A stretch of DNA of 39,591 nt from a virus (Duplodnaviria; Caudoviricetes), in IMG/VR virus record IMGVR_UViG_3300012667_000787, positions 1 to 39,591 of that record; one strand, 5' to 3'. This document shows, piece after piece, positions 22,594 through 32,715 of the stretch. The position numbers and the translations under genes are program-made. Within the stretch, counting starts at the first letter, position 1, and every line of letters begins with the position of its first letter. The notes below the pieces were generated by a model. It did not search any database, was not told the DNA's origin, and saw only the letters and a program-made list of their open reading frames with translations.

Positions 22594-24203
22594 AAGTTCG
22601 ATATTGCCCCGACACCAGCGACGGGGATTGACAGGTTCCGCGTAGCGCCGACAGCCGCCCGTTGCGGCACCGTGCCAGTGGCAACCATATCAATCAGCCC
22701 TTCCGCAGCGCGGCCTTGGCTGCTGTCCGCCACGGCCTTTGCGCCAGACGCGACAGCAGAACCGATAAGCGCAGCCGGACCAAACGAACCCGCCGCGCCA
22801 AGGTTAAGCGCGGTCATCAGCCCGTTGCCAGAAGGCGCAAGCTTACCGATCAGCCGCATGGTGTTTTGCCCCGGCGTCCCGCGCACGAAAAGCCGCATCT
22901 GTTCAATCTCTTGCGGGTTAAACCACTTTGATTGCTTCGGATTGTTTATGATGCTGGTGACGGCTTGGCGGTATTTATTCAGGATGTTCCCGCCCGAACC
23001 TGTCGCCGCCGTCTGATCGGTGGCGCGCTGAAAAGCAAGATCCAGCAACTCAGCCTTTTTATACCGCGAGTTTGCCAGCCGTGCGGCACTGAGAAGTTCG
23101 GACGTGCTTTCGCGAGACAAAACAAGTTCGTCAATGCCGTCAATGATTTCCAACAGTCCAGGCTCTTTGGTCGAGTTGTAGCGCGCCCATACCGTCTGCC
23201 GCATGTTGTCCAGTTGGCCCAAGGTGACTTCGCGCCCACTCATGCTTTGCAAGCGCTTAAGAACCCCGGTTGTTACCGCGTCGGCCTCTGGCAGATAGTT
23301 CACGTCGTCTAGCTTGGTCGTGACATTCTCCAGCATGGCTTGGAGTTCATCCGGCGCGAACCGTTCCCCGGCCTCGTCCACAGCTTTGTATGCGATGTTC
23401 TTGACCGTCCGCAGACTTTCAACGGTCGGCTTTTCTGCCGACATGCGGAAGGCGCTTTGAAAAGCCTTGGTCCCGAAGTTCACCACATCAGGCGCAACGC
23501 CACCGATGACCGCCCCCGCAAGCCGCGCCACGTCCTCAAACGGCGTGTCTTTGGTCAACTGGCCTGCCGCCTCGCTGCCAATCCCCGGCAGAACCGCGTT
23601 GCGCGCCATATTTGCGGCACTGCCCCCACCGAACATGGCTGCGCTTGGCGCAAATTCCGCAATGGTCCCGGCAAACTGCCCCGGAACGGTGTTGCCGCGA
23701 AACTCGGACGCCCCACCTGTGGCGGTTTCCAGATTGCCGCGCATGTCACCACGGCCAAGCTGCGGTAGCGTCCCGCCCCGGATCAATTCGCGCTGTTGCG
23801 GAGTAAGTTCACGGCCCGTGACAAACTCAGCCGCCGCCATCCCAGCATTGCGCAGCGTCCCCGGCAGATCGGCCAGCATCGCAGAGCCGCGCGCCAAGCC
23901 TGCCGCCCCCGCCTTGCCAACGTCGGTTACAACATCGGCAACGGGCGTGGGCTGCGCGGGCTGCCCCGGCTGCATCCGGCGACCGATAGCGCCCATGGCA
24001 TAAAGCGCAGGGTCAATCGAACCTGTAGGGCCGGGGCCTGAGGTCATCAACTCGCCCGTGCCAAGCTCGTATTCGTTGCGAACCGCCTGATATGCCTCAG
24101 GGGCCGCAGGCGCGGGCGTTGCGGCGGGCGCTGCAAGCATCTTCTGCCGTAGCGCCAATTGTTTGCGGCGCAGTTCAAGCTTGCGTTGGTCGAGGTCGGC
24201 CAT
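22584..24203 (-). CDS. DNA ejection protein (P22 gp16 position)
   Basis: Ala/Gly-rich helical protein, last of the ejection cluster. Confidence 0.7.
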   Translation of the reverse strand: MADLDQRKLELRRKQLALRQKMLAAPAATPAPAAPEAYQAVRNEYELGTGELMTSGPGPTGSIDPALYAMGAIGRRMQPGQPAQPTPVADVVTDVGKAGAAGLARGSAMLADLPGTLRNAGMAAAEFVTGRELTPQQRELIRGGTLPQLGRGDMRGNLETATGGASEFRGNTVPGQFAGTIAEFAPSAAMFGGGSAANMARNAVLPGIGSEAAGQLTKDTPFEDVARLAGAVIGGVAPDVVNFGTKAFQSAFRMSAEKPTVESLRTVKNIAYKAVDEAGERFAPDELQAMLENVTTKLDDVNYLPEADAVTTGVLKRLQSMSGREVTLGQLDNMRQTVWARYNSTKEPGLLEIIDGIDELVLSRESTSELLSAARLANSRYKKAELLDLAFQRATDQTAATGSGGNILNKYRQAVTSIINNPKQSKWFNPQEIEQMRLFVRGTPGQNTMRLIGKLAPSGNGLMTALNLGAAGSFGPAALIGSAVASGAKAVADSSQGRAAEGLIDMVATGTVPQRAAVGATRNLSIPVAGVGAISNFQR

Positions 24204-25474
24204 CAGTTGCCCCCCGTCAGTTGGTTCATACGCGCTTCGAAAGCATCAAGTCCCGCTGCGTCGAGTGTCATCACGTCAACCGCCGCCAGCCCGTTCATGT
24301 CCATTTGCGAAAAGTCAGCGGCTGGCCCCGGCTGCGGCGCACCCTGAGGCGCGGGCTGATCGCCCTGCGCGGCAAGACGTTCAATCGCCGCACGCTCTGC
24401 GCGGGCCACCGTTGCAAGCTGATCTACGCTCATCCCGGCACGGATTGCCTCAAGCGCCCTGACCCTCGCCTCCGCTTTCGCTTGCAAAACGGCATCCTTA
24501 TCGCCGGGCTGCGGCAGATACGTGACGCCGTAAAGTAGCTGCTCATCCGTAGTGATGGCAGCGCCTGTGTCTTTTCGCAGGATCGCTTGAAGGTATTCGT
24601 CGCCTGCGTTCTTGGCGACTTGGTAATCGTCGCTTTGCAACAATTCCCGCGACAATCCCATCGTCACGCCACCGAGCATTTCGCCCACTTTGCCCGCCCG
24701 CCCCGTGAGTGCGCCGGCAACAGGTTCAAGCTTCGCAAGCGCACCTTCGGCGCGAGTGGCGTATACGTTGTCTCGGCTCTGCCCTTCGGTGAATTTGGTA
24801 TTCGCCCCGGCCCCGCCGCGAACCATTATCGGTTTGCCATCCGGCCCGAAGATCGTTTCTTCCGGCATTGCGCCTTGGCCGATGGGCGCGGGGCCACCTT
24901 CTGCCGCCAGATCGAACAGCGACGAACCCACCACCTTGAACCGATCAGACGGGTTCATGGCTTCCGGCGGCGCGTTCGCTTTCAACACCTCGGCCATGCT
25001 CATGTATTTCATGGCAAGGGATTGGCGGTTGTTGAATTGCCCTACCAGATCGGGGGCCTGCTGCGCCATGACGGCATCCCACTGCGCCGGGTCTTGGATT
25101 GCCAGACCCATCTTCACGGCGTCCTCAATCTGCGCCGCTGCCGCCGCCGCTTCTGCCGCTGTCATGGATGCCTTCGCCGCCGCAAGCTGCCGCTGTTCCT
25201 CGCGCGAAAGCATGTCCATGCGCTGCCGGGTGGCCTGCATATCCAGTTGCCCCGCCTGCATCTGCATGGCCTGCGCCGGATCAACCGCCGCCAGCGCGTT
25301 CAGCGAACCTTGGTTGCCCTGCAAAATGCCCGCGCCTTGCGTCCGATACACGTCCCGCAGGGCGTTCTGATCGCGCAGTTGGTTGGTCTGCGCGGCAAGC
25401 TGGTTGCCCGCGCCCATGCTGCCCGCAAGGTCGAATTGCTGGCCTGCCAAAATCAATCCGGGCTGCAAAGCCAT
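24203..25474 (-). CDS. DNA ejection protein (P22 gp20 position)
   Basis: Ala/Gln-rich; LRKDTGAAI...YLPQPGD motif. Confidence 0.7.
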   Translation of the reverse strand: MALQPGLILAGQQFDLAGSMGAGNQLAAQTNQLRDQNALRDVYRTQGAGILQGNQGSLNALAAVDPAQAMQMQAGQLDMQATRQRMDMLSREEQRQLAAAKASMTAAEAAAAAAQIEDAVKMGLAIQDPAQWDAVMAQQAPDLVGQFNNRQSLAMKYMSMAEVLKANAPPEAMNPSDRFKVVGSSLFDLAAEGGPAPIGQGAMPEETIFGPDGKPIMVRGGAGANTKFTEGQSRDNVYATRAEGALAKLEPVAGALTGRAGKVGEMLGGVTMGLSRELLQSDDYQVAKNAGDEYLQAILRKDTGAAITTDEQLLYGVTYLPQPGDKDAVLQAKAEARVRALEAIRAGMSVDQLATVARAERAAIERLAAQGDQPAPQGAPQPGPAADFSQMDMNGLAAVDVMTLDAAGLDAFEARMNQLTGGN

Positions 25475-25486
25475 AGTGATACCTCG

Positions 25487-26083
25487 TTATACGATGGGCC
25501 GAAGGGCGAGGGCGTTTTGCGGCCTCATAAACGCCGCTACGTCCTGTTGCTGCGATTTGAAGCCATAGTCTGCCAGCGTGGGTGCAAGGGCGTTCTGCGG
25601 CTGTCCTACGGGCTGTGCGGGGCCTTGTGCTAGGGCGTTGCTGGCGGGCGCTGCGTTCGGGTCAAATGCCACCCCTGCCAGACGTGCGGCCTCGCCAAGC
25701 CGCTTGTCCATGTTCGGGATGCCGGGGCGCAGAAACCGCTCCGAATACAGGCGCGCGGCCTCAATCGGATCGTTCACACCTTGCAGGGCATTCCATGCGC
25801 CCTTTTCGGTGTTTTGCAGTTCCCACAGCGTGAAGTCGAGTTGCGTATTCAGGTCGGACGCCGGGACGCCACGCTCTGCCGCGAAGGCTTCAAACTGCCG
25901 TCTGCGCGGCCCGGTCCACTGGTTTAGGCCGTAGCCGCCGCGCGATCCCGGAACGAGGGGCGCGATTTCGTTGATGTCGGTTTTCAGGCCGCTTTCCGCG
26001 ATCATGTTGGCAACCATGCCCTGCGCCACTGGCAGGGGGATGCCGCGCTGGACTAGGCCTGCAAGAACTTGCTGCTCCATCAC
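25487..26083 (-). CDS. Virion muramidase (phage tail lysozyme family)
   Basis: GMVANMIAESG...GYGLNQWTGPRR...QLDFTLWEL...FLRPG. Confidence 0.85.
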   Translation of the reverse strand: MMEQQVLAGLVQRGIPLPVAQGMVANMIAESGLKTDINEIAPLVPGSRGGYGLNQWTGPRRRQFEAFAAERGVPASDLNTQLDFTLWELQNTEKGAWNALQGVNDPIEAARLYSERFLRPGIPNMDKRLGEAARLAGVAFDPNAAPASNALAQGPAQPVGQPQNALAPTLADYGFKSQQQDVAAFMRPQNALALRPIV

Positions 26084-26946
26084 CGCCCCCAGCTATTGCC
26101 GCCGAAAAGCCCGCCGCCCGTGTTACCGTTCACGCCGCGCTGGTATTGGTTGAGCGCCGTGAGGTTATTCAGCGCCCCGGTCCAAGCATTCCCCTGCCCG
26201 ATAGCCCCCGCTGCCTGCGCGTTGCCGATCCCGGAAAGCGCGTTTGACACGCCCGATGCCGCATTTGTGGCCGCGTTCGCCGTGGCCCCTGCGGCTGAAA
26301 AGCCCTGCCCGGACATGCCCGTGAGGCGGTTCAGGTAGTTGCCGTATTCCTGATTTGCCATGCCCATGTTGAACGTGGACAGGTCTTGCAGCGTCCGGCC
26401 TGAGTTCAGCCCGCCCCGCGCGCCTGCAAGCGCGTTTACGCTGGCGTTGCCCTGATCCAGCGCAAACTGGAAGCCGGGCGTGGCTTGGAAGCCCCGGTAT
26501 TCCGTTGCGCCCGTTGGGTTTGCTGCGGCGAATGCTTGCGCTTCCTCGCGGCTGCCAAACGTCCGATCACCCACGCGGAACTGCGTCGTGCTTGTGGGCC
26601 GCATCGCTGGCCGCGCGGCCAGATTGCCGACAAACGCGCCGTTGCCATCACCACCCGGCGCGGCCTGCGGCTGCATCGCCATAGGCTGACCCTGAACGGT
26701 AAATTCCTCAATCTGCGGCGCGGTGCCGCCAACCATCGGCCTGTCGCCCAAGCCCAATTCAAAGGCCAAGGCGTTCTGCGCGGTGATGCCAGGCTGATAG
26801 AACGGGTCGAGGCGGTCAAAGATCAGATCCCGCGTTTCCTGCTGAAACTCGATATCCCGCTGTGCCGCGCGTTCTTGTGCAGCCGCCGCCTTCTTTGCCG
26901 AACTTGCCCCGATCAGGCCGCCCGCAATAGATGCAATCCCGCCCAT
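26080..26946 (-). CDS. DNA ejection/pilot protein (P22 gp7-like)
   Basis: GGLIGASSAKKAAAAQ; PGFQF...AARGGLNSGRT. Confidence 0.8.
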   Translation of the reverse strand: MGGIASIAGGLIGASSAKKAAAAQERAAQRDIEFQQETRDLIFDRLDPFYQPGITAQNALAFELGLGDRPMVGGTAPQIEEFTVQGQPMAMQPQAAPGGDGNGAFVGNLAARPAMRPTSTTQFRVGDRTFGSREEAQAFAAANPTGATEYRGFQATPGFQFALDQGNASVNALAGARGGLNSGRTLQDLSTFNMGMANQEYGNYLNRLTGMSGQGFSAAGATANAATNAASGVSNALSGIGNAQAAGAIGQGNAWTGALNNLTALNQYQRGVNGNTGGGLFGGNSWGR

Positions 26947-26947
26947 T

Positions 26948-27313
26948 CTAGAGCCTCCATCCTAACATGATCGTGCCGGGGAATTGGCCATCCGTGACCG
27001 CCCCGGCCTTGCGGGCCAGCGCGATTGCCGCCCGCCTGTGATCGTCTATCCAAGCCACAATTCGGCGCGGCTGCTTTGCCCGCCAAAACGCTTCCAAGAT
27101 GCGCCGCGTTGGCTCTGTTGTTTTGCCCCACGCTTCCGGCTTCACGCCGATATGCGCCATCCACACATCAGCCGCCGCCGTGGGGTGCAGCACGAGACAC
27201 ACGCCGCTGTCTGCCCAGTATTCCAAGCCGTCGGGCAGTTCTTCCGGCGTTACCCGAACATGCTGCGAAGGGTGGGCGAAGTAAGCCCGCGCCTCGTCAA
27301 CGGTGATCCTCAT
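26948..27313 (-). CDS. GNAT-fold virion assembly protein (P22 gp14 position)
   Basis: WMAHIGVKPEAWG...NxxA-like RRAAIALARKAG. Confidence 0.65.
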   Translation of the reverse strand: MRITVDEARAYFAHPSQHVRVTPEELPDGLEYWADSGVCLVLHPTAAADVWMAHIGVKPEAWGKTTEPTRRILEAFWRAKQPRRIVAWIDDHRRAAIALARKAGAVTDGQFPGTIMLGWRL

Positions 27314-28497
27314 TTTTCCTGAATGACGATTTCGCCGTTGTAGAACGTGGTTGTTCCACCAGACGAAAGGTTGCAGTGCAAAATGCAGCTACCGTTAAAC
27401 AGCCTCACGCCCGGATCGGACAGACGCCGCGTGACTTGCACGTTGACGACGCTTGTCCCAATGTTCGCCAGATCGCGGGCGATAAATAGCGACACAGCCC
27501 CGCCGCCCAAAGACGTGTTGAGCGTAATCGACTGAATAGACCGAACGCCCCTGTCCCCGGATTGGAGGTTAAACCAAACTAACGTCCCAATAACGGGCGT
27601 TGGCGGTATCTGCGAACCCGCAATGGCCGATAACGTGGCCGTTCGGCTGCCCACCCCGTCCGAGTTTGTGTAAGTCACGATGGAGTTGGCAATCGCCGCC
27701 GCGTTGGTATTCGCGGTCGTCGTCAGCATCCCGATCATGCAGCCTTCGCCGTTCGTCGTTCCGTTCACGTCACGGGCAGGCAGCGTCGGCATGGAAATGG
27801 CCTGCGCCGTGGTGGTGGTCACGACAATGCCCGTATTCACCCACAGCATGTCAAAGAAAAGATGTGAGTGGTTGGCGCTGGCCCCCATGGTGACTTCCGT
27901 CAGGAAGTTCGCCCCAAGGGCAGGCGTTTTCAGCGGCATACAGCCGAAGTCAGCCGAAGTTGTCCCGTCAGTCACGCGCCCGTTGATACCCGGCGTCCCC
28001 GGCGACCATGCCCCCGGAAAGCCGGGGTCTTTCGACGTGCAATACCAGTATCCCGCGCCATCGGCAGCCGTGCCGGACTTCATAAACACGACGGGGTAGC
28101 CGTCATATGCGCCCTTGCCAGCGGGCGGATACACGGCCCCGTTGGCGTCGTAATGGGTCCATCGCCCATCTTCGCCCAGCACCATGTTTTCGCCGCTGAG
28201 AAGCGTCACGGCGACCAATTCCGAAGCCGTGGTGCCGTCGAAATGCTCAACCGTAATTGTGCAGGCAAGGCTGGCGTGATCGTTGGTGATATTGAGATGT
28301 TTGACGTTGCGCTGAACCCCAGACCCCGGCGCGGCTACAATCGTGGTTGTGGTGGCCGTGGTGATGGCCGGAGTATTCTGCCGCCCCAAGGTAACAGCCG
28401 TGCCGTTGAAGTCGCCCCACGATGCGTGGCACTCGATCTGTGCCGCCGCGCTCGTGACAATGCGGACTACATCGCTGGTGCTGGTGAGGTTAAGCAA
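27310..28497 (-). CDS. Beta-rich tail-tip/structural protein
   Basis: Thr/Gly-rich beta-sandwich-like sequence. Its TTG start lies directly after the upstream TGA. Confidence 0.7.
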   Translation of the reverse strand: MLNLTSTSDVVRIVTSAAAQIECHASWGDFNGTAVTLGRQNTPAITTATTTTIVAAPGSGVQRNVKHLNITNDHASLACTITVEHFDGTTASELVAVTLLSGENMVLGEDGRWTHYDANGAVYPPAGKGAYDGYPVVFMKSGTAADGAGYWYCTSKDPGFPGAWSPGTPGINGRVTDGTTSADFGCMPLKTPALGANFLTEVTMGASANHSHLFFDMLWVNTGIVVTTTTAQAISMPTLPARDVNGTTNGEGCMIGMLTTTANTNAAAIANSIVTYTNSDGVGSRTATLSAIAGSQIPPTPVIGTLVWFNLQSGDRGVRSIQSITLNTSLGGGAVSLFIARDLANIGTSVVNVQVTRRLSDPGVRLFNGSCILHCNLSSGGTTTFYNGEIVIQEK

Positions 28498-28845
28498 TCA
28501 GATCACCCACGAAATGATAGGGCTTCCACCGCCGCCCGCCGCCGCAATCGTCAGAGAATTGCCCGCGTCGTTGTAGGTCAGCGTGATATTCGTTCCGGCC
28601 ACCAACAGCGCGGCCACGCGGTCATCAATGCTTTCTGACAGCGTGGAGGTGTTTACCTTGGCGTTCAGCGCCGTTTGCAGGTCGGTTTGGCTGGACAAAG
28701 TGCCAGTGATCGAACCCCAAGACCCCCCGCCTCCACCACCGCCGCCGCCCGCCGCAATGTCCCGCTCCAATCCGGCCAGATATTCCAGAAACTGCCGCGA
28801 AGCCTGCTTGTCGGTTACATGTTGTTGGGGAAGCCAGCTTTTCAT
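28498..28845 (-). CDS. Short tail needle/adaptor (P22 gp26 position)
   Basis: Poly-Gly linker; WGSITGTLSSQTDLQTALNAK; LVAGTNITL fibre motifs. Confidence 0.65.
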   Translation of the reverse strand: MKSWLPQQHVTDKQASRQFLEYLAGLERDIAAGGGGGGGGGSWGSITGTLSSQTDLQTALNAKVNTSTLSESIDDRVAALLVAGTNITLTYNDAGNSLTIAAAGGGGSPIISWVI

Positions 28846-30182
28846 GCCAAGCGCCCTTCTGCCAGCATGGTAAACGCCTGCGCCTCGCTAAACCGCGCCC
28901 GCGCCGTGATCTGCCGACACTGCCCAAGATTGCGCCAGATCACCCGCCCGCCGTAGTTGCCCACAGGCCCAATTGCGCGCGGCTTAGAAGGCGTCCACGT
29001 CAGGCCGCCATCACGGCTTATCTCAAGCTCTAGCGTGGCGTCCTGAAAGCCTTGGCGGGGAAACAGTTCGATTTGCGAGACAATGAACCGCTGCCCGTCC
29101 TGATACAGCGTCTTGCTTGTCGCCTGCCGCACCAGAGGGCCGTTGTCGTCCGTGCCGATGCTGGCGAATTGGAACATCTTGCCGTCGTTGCGCCCACAAT
29201 ACCAAGCGCCGCGCCATTTCACCGAACAACTGGCCGTCCACGGGTCAAGCGTCACGCCCTCGGCCCGCTCATGCCACTCGCCAAGGGCAACGTCATACAC
29301 CCAAGCCGGGCAATCGCGGAACGTGATGACGCAGAAGGTATGGCCCTCATCCTCATACGTGAAACACAATTTCGGCTGACAATCCTTGATCGCGGTTTCC
29401 ACAGGGGGGATGCTGACAGGCTGCAACTGCCCAGCCACCAGATGCGCCCGGTTATCGTCGCCCACGAAAAACGCGGCCCCAGGAATGCGGGTGATAAGGT
29501 TGTGAGCCTTTAGCCCCACGTCCACCACACCGCCCGCTTGCCGCTCAAATGCAGCCGCTCCAGCGCCGCCCGTCACATACCACACCTCGTGCGAGGTTTC
29601 CTTGAACAGATACAGGACGCCATTGATCGCAAAGGGCCGGATCAGGTTATCGTCACGCCCGTCTGCCGTGGAGAAATTGAGCCCCGGCAGGTCGTTCGGA
29701 TCGGCCACATCGGACCACTGAAAACGCCGCCCGTTCAATTCTGTCAGAACGGTGTAATTCCCGATGTAGTCATGGCTGCCGAAGCTGGAGAACGCGCCCG
29801 CCGTGGGGTTGGATAGCGTCGTGCCGTTCCAAAGATAGTAAGCCCCGCCAGAAACAACCGTCACGCCGCCGTTATTGCCTGCAATGGTGGTGTTTTCGTC
29901 ATCGGGGATCACGCCGCGCGTCGTATAGCCGCCATCCGTGGCGACCTCTTGCAGCCGCTCCCCGGCGACAGCGAACAATTTCCCGTCAATCTCGCCCAAA
30001 GCCCGCGTGAAAACGCCCGGAAACGACGAAAATGGCATCAGGCCCAGAACCGACTTGATCGCGTATTGTGCGCGGCCCCCGGCAACCACAGGCTCCGCAT
30101 AGCAATTCACCAGCCGCGACGGATTGGCGGCGATATTGTCGCTGTCCCGTGCGGCGGGCGCGAAGAATTGCAAGGTTGCCAT
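28842..30182 (-). CDS. Tail hub / packaged DNA stabilisation protein (P22 gp10-like)
   Basis: Beta-propeller-like; YEDEGHTF, WVYD...WHER, SRDGGLTW, WRNLG. The likely start is ATG 30182. Confidence 0.85.
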   Translation of the reverse strand: MATLQFFAPAARDSDNIAANPSRLVNCYAEPVVAGGRAQYAIKSVLGLMPFSSFPGVFTRALGEIDGKLFAVAGERLQEVATDGGYTTRGVIPDDENTTIAGNNGGVTVVSGGAYYLWNGTTLSNPTAGAFSSFGSHDYIGNYTVLTELNGRRFQWSDVADPNDLPGLNFSTADGRDDNLIRPFAINGVLYLFKETSHEVWYVTGGAGAAAFERQAGGVVDVGLKAHNLITRIPGAAFFVGDDNRAHLVAGQLQPVSIPPVETAIKDCQPKLCFTYEDEGHTFCVITFRDCPAWVYDVALGEWHERAEGVTLDPWTASCSVKWRGAWYCGRNDGKMFQFASIGTDDNGPLVRQATSKTLYQDGQRFIVSQIELFPRQGFQDATLELEISRDGGLTWTPSKPRAIGPVGNYGGRVIWRNLGQCRQITARARFSEAQAFTMLAEGRLA

Positions 30183-30183
30183 G

Positions 30184-30564
30184 TTAAAGCAAGTCCGTCC
30201 GGCGCTGCGAAGGCGTCCGCAGGATCGAACGCGGCAACACAGCGTCATCAATGACCATGTAGGCCGCCTGAATGCGCCGCAGGAAGTCATCCGCGCTGAA
30301 AGCGGGCGGCACCGCATAATCCGGCATGATGCGCTCCGCGAGAAGGTAAACCGTGCCTTCTTCAAACGGGGCTGTCAGCGGGAACGGATCGGCGCTTGTC
30401 AGATCCGTGTAATTCAGATCAATGCCCCACAACTCCCAGCCGTGCAGCATCTGATTGAGGCAATCCAGCCCATGCGCCAGTTGATCAGCGGTAAGCCCTT
30501 CATCCTCGGCCTTGATGCCGATCTTGCGGAAGGCCCGCTCAACGATTTGAAGCATGGTCGCCAT
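30184..30564 (-). CDS. Head-tail adaptor (P22 gp4-like)
   Basis: IVERAFRKIG...GLDCLNQMLHGW...LAERIMPDY. Confidence 0.8.
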   Translation of the reverse strand: MATMLQIVERAFRKIGIKAEDEGLTADQLAHGLDCLNQMLHGWELWGIDLNYTDLTSADPFPLTAPFEEGTVYLLAERIMPDYAVPPAFSADDFLRRIQAAYMVIDDAVLPRSILRTPSQRRTDLL

Positions 30565-30577
30565 GGCATCACCTCAT

Positions 30578-30606
30578 AGGAAAGGGCAGGCCGTGAAGCC
30601 TGCCCC
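30578..30606 (-). terminator. Intrinsic terminator after the coat gene
   Basis: GGGCAGGC-TTCACG-GCCTGCCC followed by TTTCCT. Confidence 0.7.
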
Positions 30607-30613
30607 GTTGTCA

Positions 30614-31849
30614 TTAGCCCCAGAGGCGCGCGGCCAGATCCGGGTAGATCGCATCGACGCCGTAGAGAATGTCGAGGCGGATGATTTCGACATCGTTCGT
30701 GATGTCGTAATCCTTGATAACCCGCATCGACAGGCCATCGTAGGTTTCGCGGGCCTTGAAGCTTACGCCGTCCGGCATCTCCAGCGGCACCGTCACAAGC
30801 GCGAAGGCATTGCGATGGAACGCGAGGTTCTGCGGGAAGGCCGTATTCGCCGTGCCCCGGAAGGTCAGGCCGATGTTGTCCGCAGGGGCGGCTGAGACGG
30901 TCTGCTGCGGGCCGCTGGTGATGATCGGCGGCGAAATGGTCAGCGTAAGCTGGCCGGAAGCGTTTGACGAACCATCGGCAAGAACGGTGAACTCTTGCAG
31001 ATACGGCATCACCTGCTTGGAACCTTCGCCCGGAACCGGGTTGACAGCAAACACGCCCGCCATGGTGAAGACGTCACCAGCACGAACGCGCAGAGCCGCA
31101 GCGGCGGTCCAACCGTCAGTGACAAGCGTTTGCGACCAGCCAGCGCCGATGGCGGCGGCGTAAGTCACGTTTTGCGCCGCACCGTTCACAAGCGGGGTGC
31201 CGCCCAGCGGGCCAACGGTGTGGTTGACCACGTTCTGCGAAGAGAACATGTCGAACTTCGCAACGCGCCCAACCATGGCTTCCTGATAGGCCGTGCGGCG
31301 AACGTCGCCAACGGCTTCAAGGGTCGTCTGGTTGCCCGCGATGGCATAGGCCGCAGCGGGGTTCACAGCGATGGTGCGCTTGTCGGTCTGAACGGCCATT
31401 TCGTCCAGACGCTGCGCGGCGGCGGCAACTGCGGCGAAGTTGGCCGGCGTGGTGCCGGGGGTGCCGACCGAGTTCCACACGGTGCTGTAGAGCGAGGCAA
31501 TCGAACGGTCCACGGTCTGCGCCAGCGTGATGGCGGCAGGCTTGATGTAGCGCTCCGAATATTCCTCAATCGACAGCGTGAGGTCTTGGGTCGAGAATTC
31601 CCATCCGACATGCTTGCGCTGGTCAATCGTGATGTTGGTCGATTTCTCTTCCACATCCTGCTTGACCAAGGTCGCGCCGTTGGAGGTGTTGAACTTCACC
31701 GGGCGACGGATCGCCACGGAAGCACCCTGCCCGCCCTTGAACTCGCTCACATATTCGCGATGAACTTGGTTGGCGAAAACAAGGTTGTTGGTAAGCTGCA
31801 TGAGGCCTTCTTTGGCGATCATGCTCGGGGTAATCAGCGTGTTGGGCAT
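30614..31849 (-). CDS. Major capsid protein, P22 gp5 family
   Basis: PNTLIT...ERYIKPA...GDVFTMAGV...NLAFHRNAFAL...RLDILYG. Confidence 0.93.
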   Translation of the reverse strand: MPNTLITPSMIAKEGLMQLTNNLVFANQVHREYVSEFKGGQGASVAIRRPVKFNTSNGATLVKQDVEEKSTNITIDQRKHVGWEFSTQDLTLSIEEYSERYIKPAAITLAQTVDRSIASLYSTVWNSVGTPGTTPANFAAVAAAAQRLDEMAVQTDKRTIAVNPAAAYAIAGNQTTLEAVGDVRRTAYQEAMVGRVAKFDMFSSQNVVNHTVGPLGGTPLVNGAAQNVTYAAAIGAGWSQTLVTDGWTAAAALRVRAGDVFTMAGVFAVNPVPGEGSKQVMPYLQEFTVLADGSSNASGQLTLTISPPIITSGPQQTVSAAPADNIGLTFRGTANTAFPQNLAFHRNAFALVTVPLEMPDGVSFKARETYDGLSMRVIKDYDITNDVEIIRLDILYGVDAIYPDLAARLWG

Positions 31850-31863
31850 CGCCCTAACTCCTG

Positions 31864-32700
31864 TTAAAGCTTCCCGGCCTTACGCGCCGCGACGTATTCG
31901 GCCATGCTCATCTTGTCCGGGTTCAGGGACGCTTGAGCCTTGCCGCGAACGGGCGCGATGGGTTCGGGGGTTTGGGATGTCATGCGCGGGCTTGGCGCGG
32001 TGAGAGAGGCTTCCAGCCGCCCCAGCGCCCAAGCCGCCTGCATGGGTGAGGTTTTGGAGAGTGCAGCGAGTTCCGCCGCAGCCGCCTTGTTACTGCCCAG
32101 CCAATAGGCCATGTCTGGCCCCTTGTCGGTCTGCTTCAACATCTCCGCGATTTGCGGGGTGATCGGCACATCCGGCGCGAGGGCCACTTGGTCAAAGTCG
32201 CTGTAGCGGGTCTTGGCCTCGTTGACCTTCTCAGTCCACGATTGGTTGACCAGTTGCCGTTCGGCGGCTTCGATGATTTCGGCCTGTTGGCGGGCTGTTT
32301 GGGCTTCCGCTTCGAGTTCTTGGGCCTGGCGCTGGGTGGTCCGCTGCTCTGCGGTCCAAACGGCCTTGGCCGCGACAAACTCGGCGTAGTCACTGAACTC
32401 ACTTTCCACCGGGGGCTTCTCGCTTTTCCCGGCTTCGATGATTTTCAGGCGGCGCTGGTCGGCGCGCTCCGCTGCGGCTTTGGCCTCTTCGGCCTCTTGC
32501 CGCAACTTGGCCTTGTGGGCCTTCTCGCGTTCCTTGCGTTGCCGCGTTTCGCTTTTCTCCGCGTCATCACCTTCCGGCGCATCTGCGGCGGCCTGACCGT
32601 CGGTCGGGCCTTCTGTTGTGCCTTGCGGCGCTTCCGTCACTTCGGGGGGTGAAACGGTTTCAGGTCCAGCCGATACGGCCAGATCGCTTTCGTCGCTCAT
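31864..32700 (-). CDS. Scaffolding protein
   Basis: Acidic N-terminus, coiled coil, GPDMAYWLG, C-terminal MSMAEYVAAR; between portal and coat. Confidence 0.85.
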   Translation of the reverse strand: MSDESDLAVSAGPETVSPPEVTEAPQGTTEGPTDGQAAADAPEGDDAEKSETRQRKEREKAHKAKLRQEAEEAKAAAERADQRRLKIIEAGKSEKPPVESEFSDYAEFVAAKAVWTAEQRTTQRQAQELEAEAQTARQQAEIIEAAERQLVNQSWTEKVNEAKTRYSDFDQVALAPDVPITPQIAEMLKQTDKGPDMAYWLGSNKAAAAELAALSKTSPMQAAWALGRLEASLTAPSPRMTSQTPEPIAPVRGKAQASLNPDKMSMAEYVAARKAGKL

Positions 32701-32715
32701 CGGGGTTTCCCTAGG

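Noticed and set aside
28728-28756. CCG/CCA microsatellite as a phase-variation tract
   Set aside because: Mixed Gly codons encoding a poly-Gly linker.
30183-30365. Upstream extension of the gp10-like ORF
   Set aside because: It overlaps the gp4-like gene; ATG 30182 follows its stop directly.
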